Positions 11,337 to 21,687 of a stretch of DNA of 64,000 nt are shown in pieces. The translations under genes were made by a program, and so were the position numbers. Each line of letters begins with the position of its first letter. Position 1 is the first letter of the stretch. The notes under the pieces are model-generated. The model was not told the DNA's origin. It did not search any database and was given only the letters and a program-made list of their open reading frames with translations. The stretch spans positions 58,013 through 122,012 of the forward strand of contig CAZQBL010000007.1 in assembly GCA_964592105.1 (NCBI GenBank), written 5' to 3'. The DNA comes from an uncultured Gammaproteobacteria bacterium. Its GTDB lineage: Bacteria > Patescibacteriota > Patescibacteriia > UBA10025 > JAHIVO01.

Positions 11337-11485
11337 AAACTCTAAATGCGAATTTCGCAATCCAAAACAAATTAAAAATACAAATGATCAAAATTAAAAG
11401 TGAAGAATAAAAATGGAATAGTTTTGAACATTAGGATTTGGAATTTAGATATTGTTTAGAATTTCGGATTTCGTACTTCGAATTT
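11337..11485. repeat. Long imperfect hairpin built from 7-nt repeats
   Basis: Left arm aaactct aaatgcg aatttcg caatcca aaacaaa; the right arm reverse-complements to aaattcg aagtacg aaatccg aaattct aaacaat. Confidence 0.7.
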
Positions 11486-11554
11486 TTAAATAATATTTTA
11501 ATCTACTCGCGTCAGATGGCTTTTATGATCACAAACCATCTGAACGTAAAGAGA

Positions 11555-11794
<240 letters not shown>

Positions 11795-11916
11795 CTACTC
11801 GACATGTCTATTTTTAAATTTATTGTCGGTGCGTCTAAACCTAAGTTATTAATTTCTAATGTCTAAATTAGTCATGGAAATTTGGAATTTGATTAGAAAT
11901 TAGTATTTATTATAAA

Positions 11917-12753
11917 TTAATGTTCTTCCGCAGTTGAGGCGATCGTGAAATAGACCAGGGTCAACATGGCGAAAATCAAGGCCTGAATAATACCAACTAT
12001 AATCTCCAAAAACATGAATGGGATGGGTACCACGAAAGCAAATATCAAAGCCATAGAGGACAATAAAACTTCACCGGCAAAAATATTCCCGAATAATCGG
12101 AACGATAGTGAAGCGACTTTTGCTACTTCGCCAATAATTTCTACGATGCCCACAAAAAATTTAATCGGGTTAACAATGGCAATCGACGGCTCTTTTTTGA
12201 CCTGACCGGGTATGTGTGCCAGGGCGCGAATGTTTACAAACTTATTGAAATATTTCCAGACGCCCACGGTCAAAATGCCGAATAAATTCGAACCGATCAC
12301 GGAAAAAATAGCCAGTGCCAATGTTGTATTCAGATCGGAAGTTCCTCCGCGGAAAAATGGCACAAAAATCGCTTCATGCGCGTCCCGCTCAATAAAACCG
12401 ATCGAACCGATTCCCGGCAACAAGCCCAGCCAATTATTCAATAATATAAAAATAAAAATCCCAAAAACTATGGGAAATATTTTTTGAGTTTTTCGGCGGT
12501 CGCCGGTCACCGAATCAGCCAGATTCATGGCGCCTTCGATAATTATCTCAAAAGCGTTCTGGAGGCCGCGCGGAATCTTTTTAATACTTCTTTTAATGAG
12601 AACAGCCAATAATACCACCAGCACCACCACTACCCATGAATTAATCAGCGTATTAGTCACGGCGAACTTACCGATATGAAAAATTGGTTCCGGGTAAAGA
12701 GTAATTTCGGATGTTACTTCTGTATTTGTGCTATTTGTTGTTACTTCGCTCAT
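11917..12753 (-). CDS. atpB: ATP synthase a subunit
   Basis: PRGLQN, SLSFRLFGNIFAGE, IQALIFAMLT. Confidence 0.98.
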   Translation of the reverse strand: MSEVTTNSTNTEVTSEITLYPEPIFHIGKFAVTNTLINSWVVVVLVVLLAVLIKRSIKKIPRGLQNAFEIIIEGAMNLADSVTGDRRKTQKIFPIVFGIFIFILLNNWLGLLPGIGSIGFIERDAHEAIFVPFFRGGTSDLNTTLALAIFSVIGSNLFGILTVGVWKYFNKFVNIRALAHIPGQVKKEPSIAIVNPIKFFVGIVEIIGEVAKVASLSFRLFGNIFAGEVLLSSMALIFAFVVPIPFMFLEIIVGIIQALIFAMLTLVYFTIASTAEEH

Positions 12754-13030
12754 CTTTTTCTTTGGCTTTTTGTTGCTTGTTCTCTTTTGCTATTTGTCTG
12801 ATGTATTTGCCGGCAACGATAACAATGCCAATACATGAAATAACGAAGGCAAGGCCAGTTAAGGTCAGATAATACCAGGGTGCACTATTGTGTTTTTCGT
12901 CCAAATACCTGCCTAGAAATAATGCCGCCACAATCGGTACGACAATCCAACCAGTCACTTCGGCAAAGACAGTCATGGCCGGCTGCCACCAGGCTTTATC
13001 AGATTTTTTATCCTTATCTTCTTCTTCCAT
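12731..13030 (-). CDS. AtpZ/AtpI (gene 1) family two-TM protein
   Basis: IVVPIVAALFLGRYLD...PW pattern; first gene of the atp operon. Confidence 0.85.
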   Translation of the reverse strand: MEEEDKDKKSDKAWWQPAMTVFAEVTGWIVVPIVAALFLGRYLDEKHNSAPWYYLTLTGLAFVISCIGIVIVAGKYIRQIAKENKQQKAKEKDERSNNK

Positions 13031-13220
13031 ATTTAGATTATAAAAACACTCCCTGAAGCTGTAGAGGGGGTCTTATGTAGTAAGACCAACACAACTCCAC
13101 TTTATCCACATTCCGCTTCTATTTTACGAAATAATTGCAAAAAAATCAAGGGGTTTATTTTAAAACCCTAGTCAAATTTACTTTTTGCTAATGTTAGCAA
13201 AAATTATTTACTATTTATCC

Positions 13221-13515
13221 TCAGCAGACAACCCTGGCCTTTGATCTAACAAAATAAACACCGTATGCGCCAATAATCATAGATAATACAATAAAATCAA
13301 CTGGAATAATCCGATATTGAGCACGACAGCCCATTTCAGCAGCACACAAACATTCGACAGTAACTCTTTTGGCAAATAATAATGTTGTACCAATTCCAAA
13401 CTTCGCTCCGGCATAACATGAGCAGCATTCCTGCTCAATCAATTTTACCGTAAATGATAAAATCAATCCGGCAATGGCGATCAGTATTAATATCAGACCG
13501 ATCTTTTTTTCTCAT
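13221..13515 (-). pseudogene. Cys-rich small membrane protein with a +1 frameshift in an A7 tract
   Basis: Removing one A (13504-13510) joins the ATG at 13515 (MRKKIGLILILIAIAG) to ORF 13221-13466. Confidence 0.55.
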
Positions 13516-13527
13516 CGTGGATAATAT

Positions 13528-14592
13528 TTATTCCTCCTTCGGCTTCTCCAGCTCCAGCGGCTCCACTTCCCCGCCCTTTTCAGAAATTTTCATAACATCC
13601 CTATCAACTTTCTTGAATTCTTTATACGCAGTATTGTATGTATTTACTGTTGTACCAAGCTGTATACCCAGCTTTTTCATGAATTCATCATAACTGATCA
13701 GGTGCTTAGCCAGTTGTTCAACATTTTTGCGAATCTCCTTGGCTGACTCTTCAATCTGCATGGCACGTAAACCTTCCATGACCGTCTGCAAATACGCTAA
13801 AAAGGAGGTTGGAGAAACAATAATGACGTGATACTTATTGGCCGCCCGTTGGATCAGATTTTCAGTGTCCTCGGTGATAGCCCCAACTTTATTAACCAAC
13901 AAATCGTAATAAATCGCTTCCGAGGGAATAAACATAAAAGCGAAATCAGTCGTATCTTCGTTGGGACGGATATATTTGGCAGTTTCCTGGATACGCATCT
14001 TCAAGTCATTGACGAAAACCTTCTCCAGGTTCTTCTTTTCGTTCTGATCGCGCGTCTCGGCCATACGATTATAATTTTCCAAACTGAACTTTGAATCAAC
14101 GGGTATCAGTTTATTTTTTACTTTCACCACAGCGTCAACTATTTCTCCGTCCTTGAATTTGTATTGCTCTTGGAAAGTGCCAGGCGGTAAAACATTTTTT
14201 AATAACGTGTTTAAAAAATATTCACCCACCATACCCCGTTGCTTGGGATTCTGCAAAATATCCTGAAGGTTCTGCAGCTGGTCAGAAAAGTTAAGCACCT
14301 GCCTATTTGTTTCATCAAGCTTGGTTAATTTTTCCGTCACATCCCTGACGATTTTATTGGTCTCGCCGATATGCTCGCGGAAGGCGCGAGTTGATTCGGC
14401 CATTTTTGTATCCAGGACGCGGGCCAGTTCCGTGCTTTTTTCATTTAATTGGCCAATGCGCTCCTCCAACCGGACCATTTTTTCATGGAATTCCTTAGCC
14501 GCGCCTTCGTCTCCCCGGCGGCGGGTATTGATAAAAACCATGATAATGCCGATGAGAATCAAGGCGCCTAAAATAATGGTGATGTAGTTCAT
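13528..14592 (-). CDS. rmuC: DNA recombination protein RmuC
   Basis: N-terminal TM, NPKQRGMVGE, VDSKF, TTDFAFMFIPSEAIY, VSPTSF. Confidence 0.95.
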   Translation of the reverse strand: MNYITIILGALILIGIIMVFINTRRRGDEGAAKEFHEKMVRLEERIGQLNEKSTELARVLDTKMAESTRAFREHIGETNKIVRDVTEKLTKLDETNRQVLNFSDQLQNLQDILQNPKQRGMVGEYFLNTLLKNVLPPGTFQEQYKFKDGEIVDAVVKVKNKLIPVDSKFSLENYNRMAETRDQNEKKNLEKVFVNDLKMRIQETAKYIRPNEDTTDFAFMFIPSEAIYYDLLVNKVGAITEDTENLIQRAANKYHVIIVSPTSFLAYLQTVMEGLRAMQIEESAKEIRKNVEQLAKHLISYDEFMKKLGIQLGTTVNTYNTAYKEFKKVDRDVMKISEKGGEVEPLELEKPKEE

Positions 14593-14669
14593 ATAAGTAT
14601 TAAGTATATTGTAGCGTAAACGGGCTCCTGAAACAAGTTCATGATGAGGATGGTAAAAGGCCCTCGTCC

Positions 14670-14955
14670 TTATACCACTCTGCCGCTAAATCATTAAGGC
14701 GAGATCATCACTCTCACAAGGTTAATCCTCCATTGTCGGTGCCAATTTTTAAATTGCTTCTCGCGGGCGAAAGCCTCAATAGCAAGAGGAAACTTCTCAT
14801 AATAAATAAGTTTAGCTATGTTATAACGGCTGATAAATCACTTAACTGCTTTGTACTTGCGCTGCCATATTCTGTACTCTAAATTACGCGTTGCACCAAT
14901 ATATTGCACTGTATTATGCTTATTGGTCATAATATACAAATAATATTTCCGTTTA
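14670..14955 (-). pseudogene. GIY-YIG nuclease pseudogene
   Basis: YYLYIMTNKHNTVQYIGATRNLEYRIWQRK...K*FISRYNIAKLIYYE...AREKQFKNWHRQW; no start codon, TGA at 14838-14840, frameshifted tail NDLAAEWY. Confidence 0.85.
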
Positions 14956-15065
14956 TAAAAACCTTCCGCTCGCGGGAAGGTATTAATAATTAAATTTCTA
15001 CTACTGCCACTTGTTGAAAAAACAAGTTTTAACTAACATTCCATTTTTTCTCCTGAAAGAGAACA

Positions 15066-15905
15066 TTATTTCAAATTAAAAAATTTTATTGCGTTATTTG
15101 TTGTCCGGTCCACAACTTCATCATACTCCATGCCTTTTATCTCGGCAATGCGGGCAGCCACATACCTTACGTAAACCGGCTCGTTACGCTTACCCCGCAT
15201 GATCTGCGGCGCCAAATACGGGCAATCAGTCTCCACCATTATCCGCTCCAGCGGAGTTTTTTTGACGACTTCAGCCAAAGCCGTCGTTTTTGGATAAGTA
15301 ATAATTCCAGTGAAAGAAATCATCAAACCCATATCCAAAAACTTCCTAGCGTCCCCCCAGCCCCCGGTATAACAATGAACCACCGCTTTGGAAAATTCAG
15401 CTTCCTCCAAAATCATGGCGGCATCATGGTAAGCCAGACGCATATCCTTCAGCTCGCCGCGGCAATGCACTATAATTGGCAGATTCAATTTCTTTGCCAG
15501 CTGGGCCTGTTTCAAAAAAGTCCATTTCTGTTTGGTTTTAAACTCGGTGACGGACACACCCTCGGCCTTATGAAAGTAGTCCGGACCACACTCACCAATG
15601 GCCACCACGCCAGGCTGACAAGCTAATTTTTCATAAGCCTCCGAATTGAAATCCTCTCGCCTGGTTGTAAAAGAAAGTTCGGCTTCATCAACGTCCATTT
15701 TAAACAAGTGCAACGGATGTAAGCCCACGGCTGCATACATCGTACCCGGATATTTCTTGGCTAACTCAACCGCCCGCTGGCTGGTGGAATACTGAGAGCC
15801 AACATTGACCACTTTCATCCCTTCGTTTTGTATACGGCCAACTACTTCCTCCAAATCGTCCTTAAAAGCGGCAAAATTCAAATGGGCATGGGTGTCTATC
15901 AACAT
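15066..15905 (-). CDS. tatD: TatD family DNase
   Basis: IDTHAHL, VGLHP, IGECG, VHC, ETDCPYLAP, RNEP. Confidence 0.95.
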   Translation of the reverse strand: MLIDTHAHLNFAAFKDDLEEVVGRIQNEGMKVVNVGSQYSTSQRAVELAKKYPGTMYAAVGLHPLHLFKMDVDEAELSFTTRREDFNSEAYEKLACQPGVVAIGECGPDYFHKAEGVSVTEFKTKQKWTFLKQAQLAKKLNLPIIVHCRGELKDMRLAYHDAAMILEEAEFSKAVVHCYTGGWGDARKFLDMGLMISFTGIITYPKTTALAEVVKKTPLERIMVETDCPYLAPQIMRGKRNEPVYVRYVAARIAEIKGMEYDEVVDRTTNNAIKFFNLK

Positions 15906-15907
15906 AA

Positions 15908-16432
15908 TTAAATAAGAGTATCGGGATTAAAAGGCACGCGGTATTTTATGGCCGCCGGAATAAGCGGAGTAACAACTTTAGCAATAGTGATCAGTAGACC
16001 GGCCAAGCGGGATTTATCTATAGCTTCGTTAATGGCCGGTGAAACTTGGAAGTGGCTCATCACAAAAAGTATCACTCCCAACACTAAAGCGCCTTCCACA
16101 AAGCCAAGCAAGGCCCCGGCCAGACGGTTAGCTGATGAAGCAAAAGGTATGAAGCGAATAATATTGAAGCCCTGATCTATCATATGGACCATCCAACCAA
16201 TCAACCGACCGGTCACCAAAAAGACGACTATAAAAGCCAGAACTTTAGCCACTTCTTCCTTGAGCAGGAAAAATTGAAAAAACGGCGCGACTTGATCATA
16301 CAAACTGCCGGCGGCCATCACGCCAACCACCACTCCCAAAAGCGCGCCCAGAGTGTGAATCAGTCCAAAATAAAATCCCGCCCCGACAAATCCAAAAAAT
16401 ATTATAAGCAGGACGATATCAAAAATTGGCAT
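15908..16432 (-). CDS. CvpA (colicin V production) family membrane protein
   Basis: FDIVLLII...GFYFGLI and NRLAGALLG motifs. Confidence 0.85.
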   Translation of the reverse strand: MPIFDIVLLIIFFGFVGAGFYFGLIHTLGALLGVVVGVMAAGSLYDQVAPFFQFFLLKEEVAKVLAFIVVFLVTGRLIGWMVHMIDQGFNIIRFIPFASSANRLAGALLGFVEGALVLGVILFVMSHFQVSPAINEAIDKSRLAGLLITIAKVVTPLIPAAIKYRVPFNPDTLI

Positions 16433-16449
16433 AAGAGTATATAAAATTA

Positions 16450-17892
16450 TTAAATACGTCTAAACAGCGGCTCACCTTTGGTTATTTTCGACGAATTCAA
16501 ACTGCCGATAATAATTTCGGCGGTCTTGGGCATAAAAGGATCAAGGCATGCTGCTAAATCCAGCAAAAAAGCCGCTAAATTGCTCAAAACCTCCTCCAGC
16601 TCATCTTTTTTTGACTCATTTTTGGCCAGTTGCCAAGGAGCATGATCGTCGATATACTGATTGGCCTTAGTTATTTGAAGCCACATGGCCTCCAGGGCTT
16701 CGTTAAAAGCCAGCCGTTCGATAGTTTCCCCTACCAAATCAAGCTGGAAAGGAGATTCGGTTTCGTCAGGAATTTTTCCCTGACAATATTTTTCTATCAT
16801 ATTCAAAACGCGGCTGACTAAATTACCTAGATTATTGGCCAGATCGGCGTTGTACTTCTCGTCAAACCTGCTCCAGCCGATATCGCCATCCGAACCGAAA
16901 GTCGTGGCGCTCATCAATAAATATCGCGTGGCATCCACACCATATTTTTTTACCAAATCTTCAGGGGCAATCACGTTGCCCACACTCTTGCTCATCTTCT
17001 TGCCGTCAACTATGAAATAACCATGAATAAAAAGCTTACGCGGTAGCGGCAAATCAAGTGACAAAAGCATGGCCGGCCAGATAGTAGCGTGAATTCGCAA
17101 AATGTCTTTACTCATCAGCTCTACCTGAGGCGGCCAAAAAGCCAAATGCCTAACGCCAGCCGTGCCGTCCCAACCCAAGCCGGTCAAATAATTCAAAAAA
17201 GCGTCAGCCCAGACATAAGCGGTGTGGCTTTTGTCCCAAGGCAATTTCACTCCCCATTGGACGTTCTTCCGGGAAAAAGAAATGTCCTGCAGACCTTCAT
17301 TTTTATAAAAACTTACTATTTCGTTTTTTCTTTCTTGGGGGCAGATAAGCAACTCATCTTTCTCTATTTTTTGAAGAAGTTCCGGAGCGAATTTAGAAAG
17401 CTTAAACATATAACTCTCCTCGCGCATCACTTCTGGCGGAATGCCATGGTCCGGACATTCGCCTTTAATCAAATCTTTGGCATTTTTGTACTGTTCGCAC
17501 TTCCGGCAATACAGACCCTCGTACTCACCCAGATAAATATCGCCCCGATCGTACATGTGCTGCAAGGCCTTTTGCACGGCTTTCATATGCTGACTTTCGG
17601 TCGTACGGATAAACCTGTCATACTCAATGTTCATCATTTTCCAGGCGGCTTTGAATTGGGCGGCAATCCCGTCAACAAAAACCTGCGGCTCCTGACCAGC
17701 CTCCCGAGCAATGGCTTCAATGTTAGCACCGTGCTCGTCCGTGCCGGTCAGGAAAAAAACATTGGCATCACCAATTTTATTACGCCAATATCGGGCCAAC
17801 ACATCCGCGGCAATAGTCGTATAGGCGTGGCCGATATGGGGCTTGTTATTCACGTAATAGATAGGTGTTGTGATGTAGAACTTCTTTGACAT
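16450..17892 (-). CDS. metG: Methionyl-tRNA synthetase (short form)
   Basis: ITTPIYYVN, HIGH, TGTDEHG, KMSKS; start taken at MSKKFY. Confidence 0.97.
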   Translation of the reverse strand: MSKKFYITTPIYYVNNKPHIGHAYTTIAADVLARYWRNKIGDANVFFLTGTDEHGANIEAIAREAGQEPQVFVDGIAAQFKAAWKMMNIEYDRFIRTTESQHMKAVQKALQHMYDRGDIYLGEYEGLYCRKCEQYKNAKDLIKGECPDHGIPPEVMREESYMFKLSKFAPELLQKIEKDELLICPQERKNEIVSFYKNEGLQDISFSRKNVQWGVKLPWDKSHTAYVWADAFLNYLTGLGWDGTAGVRHLAFWPPQVELMSKDILRIHATIWPAMLLSLDLPLPRKLFIHGYFIVDGKKMSKSVGNVIAPEDLVKKYGVDATRYLLMSATTFGSDGDIGWSRFDEKYNADLANNLGNLVSRVLNMIEKYCQGKIPDETESPFQLDLVGETIERLAFNEALEAMWLQITKANQYIDDHAPWQLAKNESKKDELEEVLSNLAAFLLDLAACLDPFMPKTAEIIIGSLNSSKITKGEPLFRRI

Positions 17893-17972
17893 ATTTGAAT
17901 AAGAATTCAATTATTTACAGGCTCGTCACGTCCCACACTTTTCTTTTGAAAATAAGTGAAAAAGTGGAGGGG

Positions 17973-18026
17973 TATTCACATAGTAAATAAGTCAATAGGA
18001 GTTGTTACAAAAAATTTCTTGAACAT
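17973..18026 (-). pseudogene. Decayed second copy of the metG 5' end
   Basis: MFKKFFVTTPI[8-nt insertion]YYVN versus the functional MSKKFYITTPIYYVN. Confidence 0.8.
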
Positions 18027-18035
18027 AGTGATTAA

Positions 18036-18064
18036 ATTATAGCCAAAAATGACTTTTAAATCAA
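18036..18064 (-). promoter_or_regulatory. Sigma70 promoter for the metG region
   Basis: TTGATT-17-TATAAT, 9 nt upstream of the decayed metG ATG. Confidence 0.65.
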
Positions 18065-18237
18065 AATGAGAGATCAAGTAAAGCACTACATAAACAAAAT
18101 AAACAAAAATGCAGGTAATGGATAAATCCAATACCTCCTAAGTATTTTTTGCCTCACAATTGTGTAGCGGGCATGACTAGGAATAAGGTAAGACGGCCCG
18201 CTATCTGTAGTATAAACCCATGGACAACCCGGTCAAG

Positions 18238-18918
18238 TTATTTTTTCGAACCGACCGCCACCACAAACTCCCCTCTTATCTGGTCTGCCTGTAATTTTTC
18301 CAAAACTTCCTTGGCCGATCCGCGATAGATTGTTTCAAATTTCTTGGTTAGTTCCCGGCCAACAACAATCTGCCGTTCTGGTTCTAATAAACCAGTCAGT
18401 GCTTCCAGCGTCTTAATAATCCGGTGTGGTGATTCATAGAAAATGACTGTCTTATCAGATCCCTTGATTTGCTTAAACAATGCCTGTCGGCCTTTCTTCA
18501 ATGGTAAAAATCCTAAGAATAAAAACTTATCAGTCGGCAAACCAGCTACAGACGCCAAGGTTATAACTGCGGCGGCACCAGGAATCGGTACAATCTGTGC
18601 CGAATCGCCCATGCGGCTAACGACCTCGTGTACCAAAACACCTCCAGGATCAGAAATAGCCGGCGTCCCTGCATCTGAAACCAGTGCCAGATTATGACCC
18701 TGCCGCAACAGATTAATAATATAATCAACTTTATGCAGTTGCGAGTGTTGATGATAGCTGATCAAAGATTTCTTTAGACCAAAATAATTCAACAGCTGCA
18801 GGGTGTGTCTGGTGTCCTCGCACAAAACAAAATCGACCTCTTTCAAAATGCGGAGGGCGCGTTGGGTCATATCCTCGAGATTGCCGATGGGTGTGGCGAC
18901 CACGTATAAAATAGCCAT
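18238..18918 (-). CDS. rsmI: 16S rRNA C1402 2'-O-methyltransferase
   Basis: LYVVATPIGNLED, CEDTR, SDAGTPAISDPG, YESPHR, RELTKKFE. Confidence 0.97.
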   Translation of the reverse strand: MAILYVVATPIGNLEDMTQRALRILKEVDFVLCEDTRHTLQLLNYFGLKKSLISYHQHSQLHKVDYIINLLRQGHNLALVSDAGTPAISDPGGVLVHEVVSRMGDSAQIVPIPGAAAVITLASVAGLPTDKFLFLGFLPLKKGRQALFKQIKGSDKTVIFYESPHRIIKTLEALTGLLEPERQIVVGRELTKKFETIYRGSAKEVLEKLQADQIRGEFVVAVGSKK

Positions 18919-18927
18919 AGTGATGCC

Positions 18928-19986
18928 CTAAGCCTCAAGCCGGTCCTCGCTGTCCTCTTTCATGGCAAAAAGATCCTCGGCAAAGACCTTGATGATTAAG
19001 GCCAAAGGAATGGCCAAAAGTATACCGACGATACCGGCAATTTTGCCACCAATTAACATAACTATGATTACCACCAGTGGATTCAAGCCCACGGTTTTTT
19101 GCATAACTTTCGGTACCAGCAGATGGTTTTCCAGTTGCTGAATAATAATATACCAAACGACCACCATCATCCCTTTGATAAAACTACCGGTAGTCAAAGC
19201 GATAAACACCGCCGGAATGCCGCCCAAGAACGGCCCGATATAAGGGATGAACTCGGTCAAGCCAGCCCAGAGTCCCAAGACCAAAGCATATTTGATGCCA
19301 AAAATCAAAAGACCAATATAAGACAAAACACCGATAATCAAGCATAAAATCAACTGGCCTTTCAACCATAGTTGCAGCCGTTCTTGCGAACGATTAACCT
19401 GTTGAAAAACGTACGGCTGGTATTTCAATGGAGTAATGGAACGGATAAACTGCCGAACGGCGTTCTCCTCCAAAAGAGCGTAAAAGGTGATGACCAGTAT
19501 GACGATAAAAGAAAAGAACCCCCCGAAGACACTCACTAAAGCGCTAAAAGCGCCAGCCGTGGTCTGGGCCAAATTGGCTTGCAACGATTGCAAGGCGGAC
19601 TCAAGATTATTCAGCAGGGTTTGCTGGGCGGAAAATTCTCTGAAATTCTGGAAATCGCTAACCACCCGGTTATAATAAGTAGGAAAATTTTTGGCAATCT
19701 CGCTGATCTCCTTGGTCAGGGGCGGAATCAGCAACATGATGATTAAAACGAAGGTCCCCAAAAACAAAATATAAATTATGACCGTAGCCAAAATTCTGGG
19801 CACTTTCCGTCGTTGCAAAGCATTAACCCAAGGATTCAGGGCACTAGCTAAAACAATGGAAATGACCAAAAGTAAAATTACGTCCTTGAGTAAATAAATC
19901 ACGGCAAAAGCCAGTAAAATAATAATTATCCGAAAGATAGTTGAGGTGGAAATGTTGATGGTTAGGCTTTTCTCCTTATTTTCCAT
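18928..19986 (-). CDS. AI-2E (PerM) family transporter
   Basis: FIPYIGP, QQLENHLLVPKVM, LNPLVVI motifs. Confidence 0.93.
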   Translation of the reverse strand: MENKEKSLTINISTSTIFRIIIILLAFAVIYLLKDVILLLVISIVLASALNPWVNALQRRKVPRILATVIIYILFLGTFVLIIMLLIPPLTKEISEIAKNFPTYYNRVVSDFQNFREFSAQQTLLNNLESALQSLQANLAQTTAGAFSALVSVFGGFFSFIVILVITFYALLEENAVRQFIRSITPLKYQPYVFQQVNRSQERLQLWLKGQLILCLIIGVLSYIGLLIFGIKYALVLGLWAGLTEFIPYIGPFLGGIPAVFIALTTGSFIKGMMVVVWYIIIQQLENHLLVPKVMQKTVGLNPLVVIIVMLIGGKIAGIVGILLAIPLALIIKVFAEDLFAMKEDSEDRLEA

Positions 19987-20009
19987 ATGGCTTTAGTATA
20001 CAACAGCGA

Positions 20010-21275
20010 TTATAACTTTAAAAGACCGGCCAAGACGCCCTTTTCTTTCAGCGGGCCGATCAAAGACAGGTTAATTTTCCTAGTAACTATCAATTCACCG
20101 GCCACCTTTTTTATATCAGCTAATTTAACCTTAGCCAAGAGCTCAAGTTGTTGGGCTGGCGTCAATATTTTATCAGTCAAAATCTCCTGTTTGGAAAACC
20201 AGGAAGCCACATGATCGGACGCCTCCAAATCCAAAATCAATTTTCCTTTGAGAAAATCCTTGGCTTGCTGCAGCTCGGCGGCCGTAATTCCCTCTGTCTT
20301 TATTTTTTTCAATTCTTTTAAAATTTCAACGATAGCTTCTTTCAGCCGTGACTTGTCCAGTCCTGCCTGGATCATGAGATTGCCCGTATCCTGATAAACA
20401 TTAACTTGAGCCCGGATGAAATAACACAGGCCTTTTTTCTCGCGGATTGAAGTGAATAATCGTGAACTCATATTACCGCCCAATACTACTCCCAGCAAAT
20501 ATAAGGAGTACAACTTTTTATCAAAATAATCGTATGACGGAAACCCAAGGCACAACTGAACTTGTTCGGTGTCCTTATATTTCAAAGCAACTCGCGGCTT
20601 ACTCTGGTTTATTACAATTTTCGGAAAATCTTTAACCGGCTGCTTATTGACCGTTTGCCCAAAATATTTCTTGATTAAGCTCAGCAACTTCGCATCCATC
20701 CGTCCAGCTACTGCCACCAACATATTTTTTGGCTGGTAATAATCATGATGGTACTTGATGATATCTTTTCGTTTAATCGACTTAATCACCTCTTTCGGTC
20801 CGGCAATATGCCAGCCCAGAGGATGATCCCCATACATAGTCTGCTCAAACAAATCTTCGGCAAACATCAGCGGGTTATCCTCATACATATTTATTTCCTC
20901 AATAATAACCCCCCGCTCCCGCTCAATTTCTTTAGCTTCGAACAAGGAATTGAAAAGCATATCCGCCAGCATTTCCAAAGCCAATTCGGCTTTTTCATAA
21001 TTGGCCTTGATGTAATAGCCGGTGTGATCTTTTGAAGTAAAGGCATTATACTCCGCGCCAATACCATCTAATTCTTTTGAGATATCTAAACTGGTTGGCC
21101 GTTTTTTTGTGCCTTTGAACATCAAATGCTCAACAAAATGCGAAACGCCATTTATTTTACGGGTTTCGTACCGCGAACCAACCTTAACCAACACCAGAGC
21201 CGTCATGGCTTTAGTCTCATGCATCGGCGCGACAATAACGCGCAGACCGTTTTTAAAAATATATTTTTTGAACAT
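20010..21275 (-). CDS. M16 family zinc peptidase
   Basis: HFVEHLMFKGT, NAFTS, ERGVIIEE, SSRLF. Confidence 0.95.
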   Translation of the reverse strand: MFKKYIFKNGLRVIVAPMHETKAMTALVLVKVGSRYETRKINGVSHFVEHLMFKGTKKRPTSLDISKELDGIGAEYNAFTSKDHTGYYIKANYEKAELALEMLADMLFNSLFEAKEIERERGVIIEEINMYEDNPLMFAEDLFEQTMYGDHPLGWHIAGPKEVIKSIKRKDIIKYHHDYYQPKNMLVAVAGRMDAKLLSLIKKYFGQTVNKQPVKDFPKIVINQSKPRVALKYKDTEQVQLCLGFPSYDYFDKKLYSLYLLGVVLGGNMSSRLFTSIREKKGLCYFIRAQVNVYQDTGNLMIQAGLDKSRLKEAIVEILKELKKIKTEGITAAELQQAKDFLKGKLILDLEASDHVASWFSKQEILTDKILTPAQQLELLAKVKLADIKKVAGELIVTRKINLSLIGPLKEKGVLAGLLKL

Positions 21276-21299
21276 TGGCTTATAATAATTATTATTTTT

Positions 21300-21687
21300 T
21301 TACAGAAGGATAATCGTTTTTCTCGGGGATTACTCCCGGACACCACACCTGGAATTTTCTACATCGCCCCTATATCGCGGCATGACATGGATATGTAAAT
21401 GAAAAATTGTTTGATCGGCAGCTTCCCGTTATTTACTCCGAAATTATATCCATCAGGATGATATATTTCCTCAATTTTCTTTTTTACTTTGACCAACAAC
21501 TCAAACAAGTCCGGAAATTCTGATTTTTTAAGATCAAAAAGAACAGCGTTTGCCTTTTAGAAATAATCGGGGCGCGCCCGGGATTGACTGGAAAATCATC
21601 AAAAATCGAAAAAAATGATTCGCTCTCGGCAATGATATATTCCCCTTTTTCCCGGTAAAATTTACAAAAATGGCAAGGTTTTTCCAT
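21300..21687 (-). pseudogene. HIT-family hydrolase pseudogene
   Basis: CHFC...DDFPVNPG; then, across frameshifts, PDGYNFGVNN and QTIFHLHIHVMPRYRGD (HIT triad). Confidence 0.85.

Noticed and set aside
17133-17161. gccaaat gcctaac gccagcc heptamers in metG (AGVRHLA)
   Set aside because: Only about three weak units; consistent with the other coding repeats but not supportable alone.
17089-17889. 266-aa antisense ORF over metG, and similar shadow ORFs over atpD, clp, ileS and the NHL gene
   Set aside because: They are opposite-strand shadows of well-supported genes and show no motifs.
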